A DNA stretch of 64,000 nucleotides, from the NCBI GenBank assembly GCA_963719315.1, contig CAVRBU010000002.1:1664001-1728000 (forward strand), given 5' to 3'. Below the pieces are notes generated by a model, which was not told the origin of the DNA, made no database searches, and saw nothing but the letters and a program-made list of their open reading frames with translations. The stretch's first letter is position 1. The number at the start of each line of letters is the position of its first letter. The translations under genes were made by a program, and so were the position numbers. Shown here one piece after another: positions 38,402-51,881 of the stretch. Origin of the DNA: an uncultured Planctomycetota bacterium (lineage in GTDB: Bacteria; Planctomycetota; Planctomycetia; Pirellulales; Lacipirellulaceae).

Positions 38402-38747
38402 GGCGTCGATCGGATGGTGATTCGAACAGCGATGATTTCATTCTGATTACCGGGTGCAAGTGCGTCCACCTCCGACCGGAGTTACAATGAAGTCGGAATT
38501 CTCGATCCAATCCGGCCGATCACCATGAACGTGCGGCGTACGCGCGTTGTAATGGAACCCCCAGCGGCAACGGCACGCTGCGCGGCGGTTGGCGGCGAAA
38601 GTGCCGGCCGAGCACCGCGAAGTGGTCGATCGAGTGCTGCACGATAAGATCGGGCCGCAAATGATGCCGTCTGACAAGGCAGCATCTCAAGACGCGAACG
38701 GGTAAAGTGTAGCAACCCAACTGTGATGCCAGGACGCTACAGATCAC

Positions 38748-40850
<2,103 letters not shown>

Positions 40851-41291
40851 GAAAGAAAATGCGTAAGGGCGTGATTAGGTAAGCAGGTGAGTCAGCGAAT
40901 CGACCGGCGGCAGCAATCGGTCGCTTGATTGACATACTCGATGAGTCACCTTCTGGCATTTGTGGGGAAACCGCCTGCAACCTCTATGGTAGGTGTCTAG
41001 GGCCGAAAAAACAACGAATCGCCGGGACCTGCAAGGTAGCAGCGGGCCGGAGTCTCCGCTTGCTGCAAATGGCGGAGCCTCATAGAATGACCTGTTCGCC
41101 GCATTTTGCCGAGGCCGTTGCGCGGCCGCGGATTGGCAATCGCTACCACCATCAAAACCATACGTTGCGGCGAGACCTTGTGACTGCGTGCGAACTTGCG
41201 TCGCAAACGTCACGATCGTATCTAATTGATAGTTCCCGCACCCTGTACGTCGTTTCGGCCGAATTGTTTTCCCTCACCGCGAACTGGGCCG

Positions 41292-42455
41292 ATGCCTGCT
41301 GCCACGAAGAATATCGCGGTCTTTGGCTCGACGGGGAGCATCGGCACGAGCGCCTTGGAAGTGATCGCGGCGAGCGAGGGCCGGCTGCAGGTGGCAGCAC
41401 TGTCGGCGCACTGCCGGTTGCCGCAATTGCTGGAACAGGCTCGGAAATTCCAACCGCAATGGGTCGTGGCCACAGACAAAAAACCGGCCCGCGCGTTCGA
41501 TTGGTCCAGCTTGCCGCCGGGGACGGAGTTGATCGTCGGGAGCGAAGGGCTGACGCGCGTGGCGGCGGCGCCGGAAGTGGACGTCGTGCTGGCTGCGATC
41601 GTCGGGAGCGCGGGACTGCGGAGCACCTGGGCGGCGCTCGAGGGCAAGAAAACGGTCGCGCTGGCGAATAAGGAAACGCTCGTGATGGCAGGCAGCCTCG
41701 TGACGCGGCTGGCGGCCGAACGCGGCGCGACGATTCTGCCCGTCGATAGCGAGCACAGCGCGATTTTCCAGGCGCTGCGTGCTGGGCGGCATGAGGAAGT
41801 CCGGCGGATCGTGTTGACGGCCAGCGGCGGACCGTTCCGCGAATTGTCGCTCGACGAGTTGAAGCAAGTGACGGTCGATGACGCGCTGGCCCATCCCACC
41901 TGGGAAATGGGCCCGAAAATCACCGTCGATTCGGCCACGATGATGAACAAGGCGCTGGAGATCATTGAATCCCGCTGGCTGTTCGATCTCAGCGCGGAAC
42001 AAATCGAGGTGGTGATTCATCCGCAGTCGATCGTGCACTCGTTGGTGGAATTCATCGACGGCTCGGTGATTGCACAGCTTAGTCCGCCCGATATGCGGCT
42101 GCCGATTCAGTACGCGCTGGAGTATCCACATCGTCGAGCGGGCATTGCGGAGCGATTGGAATGGCACAAATCGTGGCAGTTGGAGTTCGAGCCGGCCGAC
42201 CCGGAGCGATCCCCGGCGCTGGCGCTGGGGTATGAATGTGCGCGGTCCGGCGGCACGAGTGGGGCGGTGCTCAATGCGGCCAACGAAGCGGCCGTAAAGG
42301 CGTTTTTGGAGGGTGAGCTACACTTCACCGAGATCGTGCCGGCATGCCGCAGCGTATTGGAGGCACATCATTTCGAATCGGATCCCACGTTGGAACAATT
42401 GGAAGAGTTCGATCGCTGGGCCAGGCAGGAGGTAACGCGGTGGGTTTGTGCGTGA
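41292..42455 (+). CDS. dxr: 1-deoxy-D-xylulose-5-phosphate reductoisomerase
   Basis: GSTGSIG, LANKE, PVDSEH, HPTWEMG.KIT.DSATMMNK. Confidence 0.98.
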   Translation: MPAATKNIAVFGSTGSIGTSALEVIAASEGRLQVAALSAHCRLPQLLEQARKFQPQWVVATDKKPARAFDWSSLPPGTELIVGSEGLTRVAAAPEVDVVLAAIVGSAGLRSTWAALEGKKTVALANKETLVMAGSLVTRLAAERGATILPVDSEHSAIFQALRAGRHEEVRRIVLTASGGPFRELSLDELKQVTVDDALAHPTWEMGPKITVDSATMMNKALEIIESRWLFDLSAEQIEVVIHPQSIVHSLVEFIDGSVIAQLSPPDMRLPIQYALEYPHRRAGIAERLEWHKSWQLEFEPADPERSPALALGYECARSGGTSGAVLNAANEAAVKAFLEGELHFTEIVPACRSVLEAHHFESDPTLEQLEEFDRWARQEVTRWVCA

Positions 42456-42457
42456 AA

Positions 42458-42556
42458 GTCAGGTGTCAGGTTTCGGGTGTCAGGGCGAGATCCGACACCT
42501 GACACCTGACACCCGAAACCTGACACCTGACACCTGACACCTGACACCTGACACCC
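42458..42556. repeat. Heptamer tandem repeat hairpin (GACACCT)n
   Basis: About four inverted units, then nine forward units at 42494-42556. Confidence 0.92.
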
Positions 42557-42574
42557 ATTGCGATTGGCGCTTCG

Positions 42575-44740
42575 ATGGATTCATTGACTCATATTGGTTT
42601 GCTCGCCGCCTTCGACTGGACCACCATCCGGTGGTGGCTCGAAGTCGTGCCGAAAGTCGCTATCGGTCTGGGCGCGGTGGTCTTCGTCCACGAATTAGGC
42701 CATTTTCTGGTGGCCAAGGCGTGCGGCGTAAAGTGCGAAAAATTCATGATCGGTTTCGACATCGGCGGCTACAAGATAGCGCGGCGGTGGGGAGAAACGC
42801 TGTACGGGATCGGCATCCTGCCGTTGGGCGGCTACGTGAAGATGCTGGGACAAGATGATGACCCGGCCCATATCGCCGAGCAGATGCAGAAGTCGCAAAT
42901 CGATGCCCAGAGCGAAAACGCGAAGCTCATCAAAGGCCCGAACGGCGAGACGTACTTCGTCGATCGCCGCAGCTACCTGGCCAAGAGCGTACCGCAACGG
43001 ATGGCGATCATTTCGGCCGGCGTGATCATGAACATCATTTTCGCGTTCATCTTTGCCGTGATCGCGTATGGCATGGGTGTGCCATACATGCCGTCGATCA
43101 TTTCGGAAACGATACCCGGCTCAGCGGCGTGGCAGGCGGGGCTGGAGCCGGGCGATGAGATCGTCAAGCTCGGCGATCGCACGGACCCGACGTTCGTGCA
43201 ATTGATGGGCGGCGTGACCTTAGGAGACACGAAAAACGGAATCGTTTGCGACGTGCTCAACGCGGCCAATGGCGAAATCAAAACCGTAACACTCACGCCG
43301 CAACAGAAGAACGGAGGGCTCGCGATGATCGGCGTGAGCGGGCCGAAATCGTTGGTGCTATCGGACATACTCCCCTATTTGGACAATTCGCCGGCGGCCG
43401 AAGCGCGGCTCATTTCGCCGCCGGAGAAGGAGCTGAAGCAGGGCAAACCCGAACTGCAGAGTGGCGACAAGATCGTGAAAATCGGCGATACGCCGGTAAA
43501 GACGTTCCGTGATTTCGCGGCCGAACTTGCTCGGCAGCCTGAGAAAGCGTTGGAAATCACGATCGAGCGGCCAGTCAAGTCTGCCAGCAAAAGAACCGGC
43601 ACTGCGGATTCGCCCGAACCGGTGACCTTGAAATTCGAAGTGCCGGCGCACACGCTGCGCGAATTCGGTTTGGCGATGAAGATTGAGCCGATCACGGCGG
43701 TCCAGGTGAATTCGCCGGCAAGTGTGGCTGGTTTGAAGGTAGGCGACGTGATTGAAACGGTCGATGGCAAGGCAGCGGGTGAGTCGGGTGGATGGACGCC
43801 CGATAGTTTGCCGGACTTGATGCGGCAGGCGGCGGAGCAAAAACGCGAAGTTGAATTGGTGGTGCTGCGAAGCGCCGCGAGCACTGCGGCGCCGGAGCGA
43901 GTCACCGTGCGCGTCGCGCCGCGAGTTCCCACGATGTATTATTCCGGCGCCACGATTGGCGCTCCGCAAGGCGTGGAGGCTTTGGGGATCGCTTATCGCG
44001 TATCGAATGAAGTGCAATCGGTCGCGCCGGGAGGTTCGGCAGCCCAAGCGGGAATCAAGCCTGGCGACGTAGTCGTCAAGGCGACCGTGGAGTATCCGAA
44101 TGATAAGAACGGTAAACCGGTGAAACCATTCGATCTGGAATTGGACAAGGATTCGGCTGCTTGGACGGTGCTGGTCGATTCCGTACAGCTTTTGCCTCCG
44201 AAAGCGACCGTTACCCTCACGCTTGCAGGCTCCGGCGAGTCGAAAAGTCGCGACGTGAAAATCACGCCGGCGCCGGTGGCGGACGTGTATAGCGCGTTGC
44301 GCGGCTTCGTGTTCGAACCGATCAAGAAAACACGGACTGCATCAACATTTGCGGATCAGTTGCGCTTCGGCTGGGACGAAACGACTGATGCGTTGTTGAT
44401 GGTCGTGCGGTTTCTAAAGAAACTCGGCACGCAGGTTCCGCTGACGATGCTGGGCGGCCCCGGAACGATCGCGGCGGCGGCCGGCGGGGCGGCCTCGCAG
44501 GGTCTATCGTCGCTATTGATCTTTCTGACGATGCTCAGCGCGAATCTGGCGGTGATCAATTTCTTGCCGATCCCGCTGCTCGATGGCGGGCACATGATGT
44601 TCCTAGCCTACGAGGGCCTGCGCGGCAGGCCCGCGAACGAGCGCGTGGTCGTGGCCCTGCACACGGCCGGCTTTGTGTTCATCATCAGCCTGATGCTGTT
44701 CGTGATCGGGCTGGATATTCAGCGATGGGTTTTCAGGTAG
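42575..44740 (+). CDS. rseP: RseP-like site-2 (M50) protease with multiple PDZ domains
   Basis: HELGH, PLGGYVKM, NFLPIPLLDGGH; directly follows dxr. Confidence 0.93.
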   Translation: MDSLTHIGLLAAFDWTTIRWWLEVVPKVAIGLGAVVFVHELGHFLVAKACGVKCEKFMIGFDIGGYKIARRWGETLYGIGILPLGGYVKMLGQDDDPAHIAEQMQKSQIDAQSENAKLIKGPNGETYFVDRRSYLAKSVPQRMAIISAGVIMNIIFAFIFAVIAYGMGVPYMPSIISETIPGSAAWQAGLEPGDEIVKLGDRTDPTFVQLMGGVTLGDTKNGIVCDVLNAANGEIKTVTLTPQQKNGGLAMIGVSGPKSLVLSDILPYLDNSPAAEARLISPPEKELKQGKPELQSGDKIVKIGDTPVKTFRDFAAELARQPEKALEITIERPVKSASKRTGTADSPEPVTLKFEVPAHTLREFGLAMKIEPITAVQVNSPASVAGLKVGDVIETVDGKAAGESGGWTPDSLPDLMRQAAEQKREVELVVLRSAASTAAPERVTVRVAPRVPTMYYSGATIGAPQGVEALGIAYRVSNEVQSVAPGGSAAQAGIKPGDVVVKATVEYPNDKNGKPVKPFDLELDKDSAAWTVLVDSVQLLPPKATVTLTLAGSGESKSRDVKITPAPVADVYSALRGFVFEPIKKTRTASTFADQLRFGWDETTDALLMVVRFLKKLGTQVPLTMLGGPGTIAAAAGGAASQGLSSLLIFLTMLSANLAVINFLPIPLLDGGHMMFLAYEGLRGRPANERVVVALHTAGFVFIISLMLFVIGLDIQRWVFR

Positions 44741-44807
44741 CGAAACGCGCCCGGCGCGGACTGGCCGCTGAAGCGACCAGTCCGTTGTACGCGGGATGCG
44801 ACGGTTG

Positions 44808-45167
44808 CTAGCTGGCTTGGGGGCGGCCGGCGCGGTTGCCGACTACGCGCTTTTGGACGTCGGTCTCCAAGACGCCGAAGGCTTGCTCGTGCCGCTGGAC
44901 CGACATGTGAAGCGCCTGCAGCATCCGCTTGGCAGTGAAGTAGTTGGTAACGATCCGCTGTTTGACTTCGACCGGTTCGGTCGGCACGCCGAACGGCTGG
45001 GCGTTGAGGCCAAAATCGAGGATTAGTTCCTCGGGCGTGCCAGTCACGCGGCAGAAGTTTGCGTACAAGCAGACGGCGTTCTTGTCGTTCACTTCGACGT
45101 GCGTCCGCACTTGTTCCTGAGGCGGCTGCTGGGCGGCCTGTTCGCCATCGGATGGTTCCTTTACCAC
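44808..45167 (-). CDS. DUF3467 family protein
   Basis: YANFCRVTGTPEELILDFG. Confidence 0.85.
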   Translation of the reverse strand: MVKEPSDGEQAAQQPPQEQVRTHVEVNDKNAVCLYANFCRVTGTPEELILDFGLNAQPFGVPTEPVEVKQRIVTNYFTAKRMLQALHMSVQRHEQAFGVLETDVQKRVVGNRAGRPQAS

Positions 45168-45355
45168 GATGAATCCCTTTACATTGAAGAAGTAGTGGGG
45201 TGGAGTATTTTCGGTGGGTGAGCTTTGGAAGTTTTCAATGTACTTTCAATTCGCGAGGCGAACTACCCTCGGTCAAAAAGGTTGTTCGGGTTAGCGACGG
45301 CGGGGGCACAGATTATGTCGAATAGCGCAACTATGACGCACGGCTGGACGCGAAT

Positions 45356-46020
45356 TCATTGTTTCCTCCGAATGCTCAGGATCACGCTTTCGGCGCCGGT
45401 CAGGGGCGTCTGGTAGCTGGCGGACTTTCGCAGTTCCAGCCCTCGCATCAGGCCAGCCACTCGGGCTGCGCCCCGTTCCTCGATCCAGGCGGGGCCTTTG
45501 ATCATCAGCAATTGGTCGAAGGCGTCCCAATGCGGTCCTAGCCAGGCGAGCACTTTTGGCAGGGCGCAAGCCCACGGGCCACGAGGGTATCGAACGTGGT
45601 GATTTCGAGCACTTCTTCGGCGCGATTGGGGAAAACTTTGATTGGCAGGCCGAGTTCGCCGACAATTGCGTCGACGGCCCGCGCTTTTTTTTGCGTCGAT
45701 TCGCACAGGTTCACGGAGAGATCGGGCCTCAGAATTGCGAGAATGATGCCTGGAACGCCGCCGCCGGTGCCGACGTCGAGAACCCGCTCGCCCTGTTCCA
45801 GCAGCTTGCCGAGTTCGTGAGTATCGACGACATCGCGGCCGACGAATTTTTCCAGCGTCGTATGCCGCGTGAGATTCATCCGTTCGTTCCACAGCCAGAG
45901 GAGCCGCCGGTAGCGATCGAGCAGCTCGATTTGCTCGGCGGACGCCGGGATTTGCTGTGCGGCGAGGGCCGCCGTGAGTTCGGCGATTAAAGGCGGGAAC
46001 TCAGGTTCGACGGTGCTCAC
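45356..46020 (-). CDS. rsmG: 16S rRNA m7G527 methyltransferase (frameshift near 45570)
   Basis: WNERMNLT, LDVGTGGGVPG, RAEE; IKG in the second frame. Confidence 0.92.
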
Positions 46021-46180
46021 AGAGGTTGACCCTTCTCGTTGGGCGACGATAATCCGGGACATTGTAGCAGGCAACGGGCAGCCGGCAGCCGGTTTTTTGC
46101 CGGGCGTCAAGGCGGGGGTGACTCGGCAGAATGACTCAGGTCTCGAAGAAGACTCGAACGGCGATTACGGCATACGGAGT

Positions 46181-47736
46181 ATGCTTACTACTATGGATCA
46201 ATTCGTAACGCTTGCTCGTGATACCAACCAAGCGCGTGGGATTGCCCAGTACGCGCTGGATATGCTGCAGGGCCGGCATCCGAGCCCGCGCAATGCGGTG
46301 TTGGACCGCGTGGAGCAATTTCACTTGGATAGCGTGGCTTGCGGCGTGAGCGCGCTCGCGGCGGGGGCGAATGCGCCGACGGTGTTGCGGCAGGAGGCGC
46401 TGGAGTATCGAGTCGCTAAGCCGCAGAGCGGCGTGCCGATGTTTGGGAGTACGGAAAAGGTGGCGCCGGAGAAGGCGGTGCTGGCTTGCTCGTCGGCCGT
46501 GCGGGAGTGGGACTCCAACGGCACGAACTTCGGCTACAACCCGGCTTGCAACGCGACCGCCGGCGAATTTGGGCATAACGACTTCTATCCGGTCGCCGTG
46601 GCGGCGGCCCAGAACGCCGGATTGAATGGCCTGCAGACGCTGGTAGCAATGGCCACGCTCGATGAGATTCGCGGGCGGTTGGCCGAGGTGTTTGCGCTCA
46701 ATAATCATAAGATCGATCATGTCGTTCACGGGGCGATCGCGTCGGCGGCTGTGTACGGCGCCGTGCTGGCGCGAGCGTCGATCAGATCGAATCGGCGATC
46801 GGTCTGGTGGTAGCTCATTACATTCCGTTTCGCGCGATTCGGCACGGGCACCAGCTTTCGGATTCCAAGGGAGCGTCGGCCGCGATTAGCGCCGAGGTGG
46901 CCGTGCTGAGCATGCGGCGGGCGATGCGGGGGTTCGTGGGCCCAGCCGACATCATTCGCAATCCGCAAGCGATCTTTTGTCTGTTCGAGCGGCCAGAGCA
47001 GGCTGAGTGCAGCCCGTTCGACCTGGCCCTCGCAACGGAAGGCGACGACTTCGCCGTGATGGGCATGCATTTCAAGCTGGGTCTGTACGAGCATCAGTCG
47101 GCCGGGGCGATTCAAGGCCTGATCGACTTGATCGCGACGGAGCCGACGCTGCTCGACGATCCAGATCAATTGCTCGATATCCGGATTCTGATTTACGAGC
47201 CGGCGTTCAGCATCATCGGCGACCCGGCCAAGCGCGACCCGCAAACGCGTCAGAGCGCCGACCACTCAATGCTGTACATCGTGGCGACTCTGCTGCGGAA
47301 GGCTTACGAAGCGCGGCAGGCTGGCTGGGACGGTCAAGACGGCTGGCGAAGGCTGATGCTCGCGCCGGCCGATTACGCCGAGGATGAATCCGCTCTCTTC
47401 CACCCACTCGCGCGGCGGCTGATGCAGCACATCGACTTTCGCCACGGCGGGCCGGACTTCGATCGCCGCTACCCGGACGGCATTCCGACGACGGTCGAAA
47501 TCTCGCACGCCAAGCTGGGGCCGCTGACGAGCGGGCTGGTGATGTATCCGCAGGGGCATGCCCGCGCGGATGTGACGAATCTGGCAGCGCTCCTTGCTCA
47601 CAAATGCCGGGTATTGGCGGGACCGGCGGTAGATGACGTCGATGCGCTCGTGGCGCGGTTTACAAAACTGGTTGGCAAGTCACCGGTAGAAATCGAAGAT
47701 CTTTACAACTTCGCCATACACGGACTCACTGGGTGA
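46181..47736 (+). CDS. MmgE/PrpD family protein (frameshift near 46770)
   Basis: VREWD.N, GHND, IDH, LSDSKG, TRQSADHS. Confidence 0.88.
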
Positions 47737-47764
47737 GCGGCGAACCCGATTTCTGTACGCCTAC

Positions 47765-47918
47765 AGTCGCTAGAGAGCTTGTCTTGGCACTTCTCGAATG
47801 CTACGTCCCAAAGCGTTTCGTCAGCAATTTCCGCCAAGATCATGGCGGCCATGGCGTCCTGATCTGGCGCAGGCAGCCTTTGAAGTTCAGCGATCGCTTG
47901 CTCGAGCAACTGCGTCAC
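47765..47918 (-). pseudogene. Truncated small antitoxin-like gene
   Basis: MTQLLEQAIAELQRLPAPDQDAMAAMILAEIADETLWD.AF resembles small antitoxins. The resemblance ends after DKLS and no toxin follows. Confidence 0.5.
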
Positions 47919-47927
47919 GTGCGAGCC

Positions 47928-49445
47928 TTACTTCTCCCCCTTCGACCAATCCCGCCGGCCGCGGGAGCTGGGGATACTCATCGCTTTACGGTACTTGGTG
48001 ACGGTGCGGCGGGCGACCGTGATGCCGGCTTTGCCGAGTTCTTCGACGATGGCATCATCCGAGAGAGGCTTGGTTTTGTCTTCGTTGTCGATGATTTCCT
48101 GCAGCTTGATTCGCACGCGGTCCCAGGCGACTTCTTCGCCGTCGGCCGCGGTGGTGCCGCCCACGAAGAAGCGCTTGAGCGGGAAGATGCCGCGGGGCGT
48201 TTGAATCCATTTGTCGTCCACGGCCCGGCTCACGGTGGTGACGTGGACGTGGACTTTATCGGCAATCTGCTGCATTTTCAGCGGCTCGATGTGGTCCGGG
48301 CCGTCTTCCAAAAACTTCGTTTGGTGATCGACGATCGCTTGCGAAACGCGGGTGAGCGTGCTGCGGCGCTGCTCGATCGATTCGATCAGCCATTGGGCGG
48401 AGTTAACTTTGCGCTTGATGTATTCGCGAGTTTCGGGGGGCGTGCTCGGATCGCGGAGCAGTTTGCGATAAACGGGGCTGATGAATAGCGAAGGCAACTG
48501 GCCGTCCTCGAGCCGCACCTGATATTGTCCTTCGTCGTTGCGTTCGACGAACACGTCCGGCGTCACGCTGGGAGCAGTGGTGGCCGTAAAGTCGGCGGCC
48601 GGCTTGGGCTTGAGCTTGCGGAGCTCGTGCCAGACTTCCTGAATCTTGTCGATCGACATGCCGGTCTTTTTGGAAATCTGCGGCAGGCGATTGTTTTCCA
48701 AATCTTCAAGATGATGTTCGATCAGCTTCCGTAGCTCGTCGTAAAACGGCATGCCCGGGATGAGTTGCAGCATCAAACATTCTTTGAGCGTTCGCGCGCC
48801 GACGCCCGGCGGGTCGAGCCGTTGAACGACACGGAGCGCTTCCTCGGCGATCGCGATTTGCTTCGCGCGGTGCGCTTGCAGATCGCCGTTGAGCTCGGAG
48901 GTGAGCGGCGGCAGCAGTTCTTCGAGGGGCGTTTTCAAGTAGCCGTTCGAGTCGAGACTGTAAATGATTCGGTCGGCCATTCGGCGGACCCCTTCGTCGA
49001 TATCGAACCAACTCAACTGATGGTGCAGATAATCGACGAGCGTCTCGGGGCGGGCCAGCATGTTAGCCATCGCGTCGTGACGCCGGTCGCCCTCGGCCTC
49101 AATCCGGTTCATGGACGGCCGGCTACGCTCCTCGTAGTCATCCGGCAGATTCTCGGCCATGTTCAGCAGCCGCTCGAAATCATCCTCGTTGTTGCGGTCG
49201 TCCTTGACGATCAACTCACGCTCGGTATCGGCGACACTGCTGGCGTTCTCGTTTTCGATGGGTTCGTCGGGCTCGTTCTCGTCGACCTCGACCTGTTCGA
49301 GCATTTCGTTGCTTTCCATCTCCTGCTCGATGCGCTCCTGCAGCGCCATCAGCGGCAACTGCAGAATTTCCATCGACTGGATCATCCGCGGTGCAAGCAC
49401 CTGCTTCTGAGCCATCTGCATTTGTTGGCCAAGAGATAGTCGCAT
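47928..49445 (-). CDS. rpoN: RNA polymerase sigma-54
   Basis: Gln-rich region I, GVGAR.L.ECL, TVSRA, RpoN box ARRTVTKYR. Confidence 0.97.
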   Translation of the reverse strand: MRLSLGQQMQMAQKQVLAPRMIQSMEILQLPLMALQERIEQEMESNEMLEQVEVDENEPDEPIENENASSVADTERELIVKDDRNNEDDFERLLNMAENLPDDYEERSRPSMNRIEAEGDRRHDAMANMLARPETLVDYLHHQLSWFDIDEGVRRMADRIIYSLDSNGYLKTPLEELLPPLTSELNGDLQAHRAKQIAIAEEALRVVQRLDPPGVGARTLKECLMLQLIPGMPFYDELRKLIEHHLEDLENNRLPQISKKTGMSIDKIQEVWHELRKLKPKPAADFTATTAPSVTPDVFVERNDEGQYQVRLEDGQLPSLFISPVYRKLLRDPSTPPETREYIKRKVNSAQWLIESIEQRRSTLTRVSQAIVDHQTKFLEDGPDHIEPLKMQQIADKVHVHVTTVSRAVDDKWIQTPRGIFPLKRFFVGGTTAADGEEVAWDRVRIKLQEIIDNEDKTKPLSDDAIVEELGKAGITVARRTVTKYRKAMSIPSSRGRRDWSKGEK

Positions 49446-49772
49446 CAACACCGCTCAAAACTGCGCCCGTGCGCTAAATTGACGTAGTGACAGCCGAACT
49501 GGCGAGACGGGCAACAGCAGTCAAAAACCCGGGCCCGCCAAGCGCCTTGTAGCATACCGCTCGCCGGAGAACGAGGTCAAACCGGCAGTCTCAATTCTAG
49601 TCTAGCTTCCGATTAGGAACGGGAAAAATCCGGGCGGATTGAGCGCGATTGTTAAAGAAAGAACCGGGCGTCGAAAGCCAGGTTGCCCGATTTCAAATTG
49701 GAAAAGCAAACGGCGGTTGCAAGCATTCGACGGCCAGCGGCCATGAAATTCGACGATCAAGATTCGGGGGAG

Positions 49773-50153
49773 CTACGACTTTCCGCCGCCAAGATCCCCG
49801 CCGCTCAATTGCTGCAGGGCGTCGGAAAGACCTGCGATCGGCAAATCGCCGGCGAGCGATTGCATGGCATCGGCATGCAACTGTTTGGCTTTTGATTGCG
49901 CGGCATTAATCGCGGCCGGCAGCAGATCCTCGATCATCTCGCGTTCGCCCTTTTCGACGAGCGCGGCGTCGATCCGCACGGCGAGCGCTTCGCCCAGGCC
50001 ATTCACATCGACCTCGATCAAGCCGCCGCCGGCGGAGCCGGTGGCCCGCTTGGTCTTGAGCTGCTCTTGAAGCACCTGCATGCGGCCACTCATTTCCTGG
50101 GCCTGCTTCATCAGCGTGCCGAAGTTCGCCAAGTTTCCAAGTGCTTTGAACAC
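49773..50153 (-). CDS. ybaB: YbaB/EbfC nucleoid-associated protein
   Basis: MKQAQEM, GSAGGGLIEV, EDL..AA.N; follows dnaX. Confidence 0.93.
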   Translation of the reverse strand: MFKALGNLANFGTLMKQAQEMSGRMQVLQEQLKTKRATGSAGGGLIEVDVNGLGEALAVRIDAALVEKGEREMIEDLLPAAINAAQSKAKQLHADAMQSLAGDLPIAGLSDALQQLSGGDLGGGKS

Positions 50154-50182
50154 GGTTTACGTTACCTCCGATACTTCAGACG

Positions 50183-51881
50183 TTAATTTGATTCGCCTTC
50201 CGGCGGGGCGTAACGCAATTGGCCGGGTTGAACGTCGAAGAGTTCGATCGCGCGGCGGACGAATGGCTGGTCGGCGATTTGGGCCAATTGTTCGCGCCGT
50301 GATTTGCGGGGTGGCGGCGTTTCAGTTCGGGTTGTGCCGCCTTCAGCTACTGCTCGCTGAAATTGGGCAAGTACCGATTCGACGGACGCCGACTCGACAG
50401 CAGGCGGACTGGCGGACTCGGCCGGTAGTTCGTTGACGGCTGCGGCGGAATCGGGCTGCTGCGATCGGTTATCGGTGACGCTACCACCGGCGAGCGGCGG
50501 CGCGGCGGCGATCCGGGGAGGCGCCGTCGCGATTGCCGACGCAACCGCATTCGCTAAGCCATTGGCAAGGGACGCCGTTGCGGGCCGGTCAGCGTTTTTT
50601 TTTGCGGGGTCTGCCGCCCGCAGGGGGCCGGTCGGCGGCGCGCTGGGGGCTCGCTGGCGCTCGACCCCAGCCACCCGTGGGTCTGATTGTTCGTTGGATG
50701 CGCCGCGAAGTTCGGCGACCAGGCTGGCTAAGTCATCGAGTTCGCCGAGTTGGCAGATGCGGACGATCGCCATTTCGACGAGCGTGCGGCCGTGCATGCT
50801 GACGCGCATCCGGGCCGACGTTTGATCGAGAATTTGTCCGATGGCCAGGACGGCGGCGAGGCCCAGTTGTCGGCCGATTTCGGCGACTTCTTCGCCTTGC
50901 GACGGCAGCGCGTACAGCAACTGGTCCGCCTTGCAGCCGACAGCGATGCGCCATTACATCGCGGAAATAGCCAACGAGTTGATCGAGCAGCAAACCGACT
51001 TCGACGCCGCTTTGAATCGATGCATCCAACTCGGCGAGCGCGGCGGGCGCATCGTGGGCCGTTAAATGGCGCACCAATCCACTGAGTCGTTCGGCAGGTG
51101 CGATGCCGAGGAGTTCATTGACGTTGGCGGCCGTGATTTGTCGGTGTCCGACGGCCAGGAGTTGTTCGAGCAGCGATTGGCTGTCGCGCATCGAACCGGC
51201 GGCCCGGCTGGCGAGGATTTGCAGTGCTTCGGCGTCGATCGTCACGCCTTCGGCCGCCGCGATCTGGGCCAACCGCTGCTGAATCGAGGCCGCGCTGATA
51301 CCGGCGAAATCGAACCGTTGGCAGCGGGACAGGATGGTGATCGGAATCTTCTGGGGCTCGGTCGTGGCGAAAATGAACTTCACATGTTCGGGCGGTTCTT
51401 CGAGCGTTTTCAGGAGGGCGTTGAAGGCGCTTGGCGAAAGCATGTGTACTTCGTCAATTATGTATATCTTGAAGCGGGTTCTCGTAGGGCGAACTGCTGC
51501 GTTTTGCCGCAACTGTCTTACTTGATCTACGCCGTTATTGCTCGCGCCGTCGATTTCCAGAATATCAACGTCGTCCCCAGTTGAAACAGCATTGCATACA
51601 TCGCATTCGTTGCACGGCTGCGGAGCCGGGCCACGAACGCAATTAAGAGCTTTGGCAAGAATTCTCGCCGCAGAGGTTTTTCCCGTCCCACGTGCGCCCG
51701 TGAATAGGTAGGCGTGTCCCACTCGGTTGCTGATAATGGCCTGTTGAAGTGCCCGAGTGACATGCTCCTGGCCTATCAACTTTTCAAACGACTGCGGTCG
51801 ATAGCGGCGAGCGATTACCGTGTAGCGACCGGATGGCGGCGCGTCTTTGAAATTCTCAGTCGGTGAAAGAGTGTCGCTCAT
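50183..51881 (-). CDS. dnaX: DNA polymerase III gamma/tau (frameshift near 50949)
   Basis: ARRYRP, GARGTGKT, PCNEC..C, IDGAS, IDEVHML, LSRCQ, GSMRD. C-terminus in ORF 50183-50920. Confidence 0.96.

Noticed and set aside
38447..38747. Small ORFs between ftsH and the membrane protein
   Set aside because: Three overlapping frames, none with recognisable motifs or a clear RBS.
42458..42556. CRISPR array
   Set aside because: 7-nt tandem units without spacers; no cas genes in the window.
50930..50960. dnaX frameshift as programmed gamma/tau recoding
   Set aside because: No slippery A-run at the site, and it falls near codon 311, inside domain III and too early for a functional gamma. One extra base explains it.
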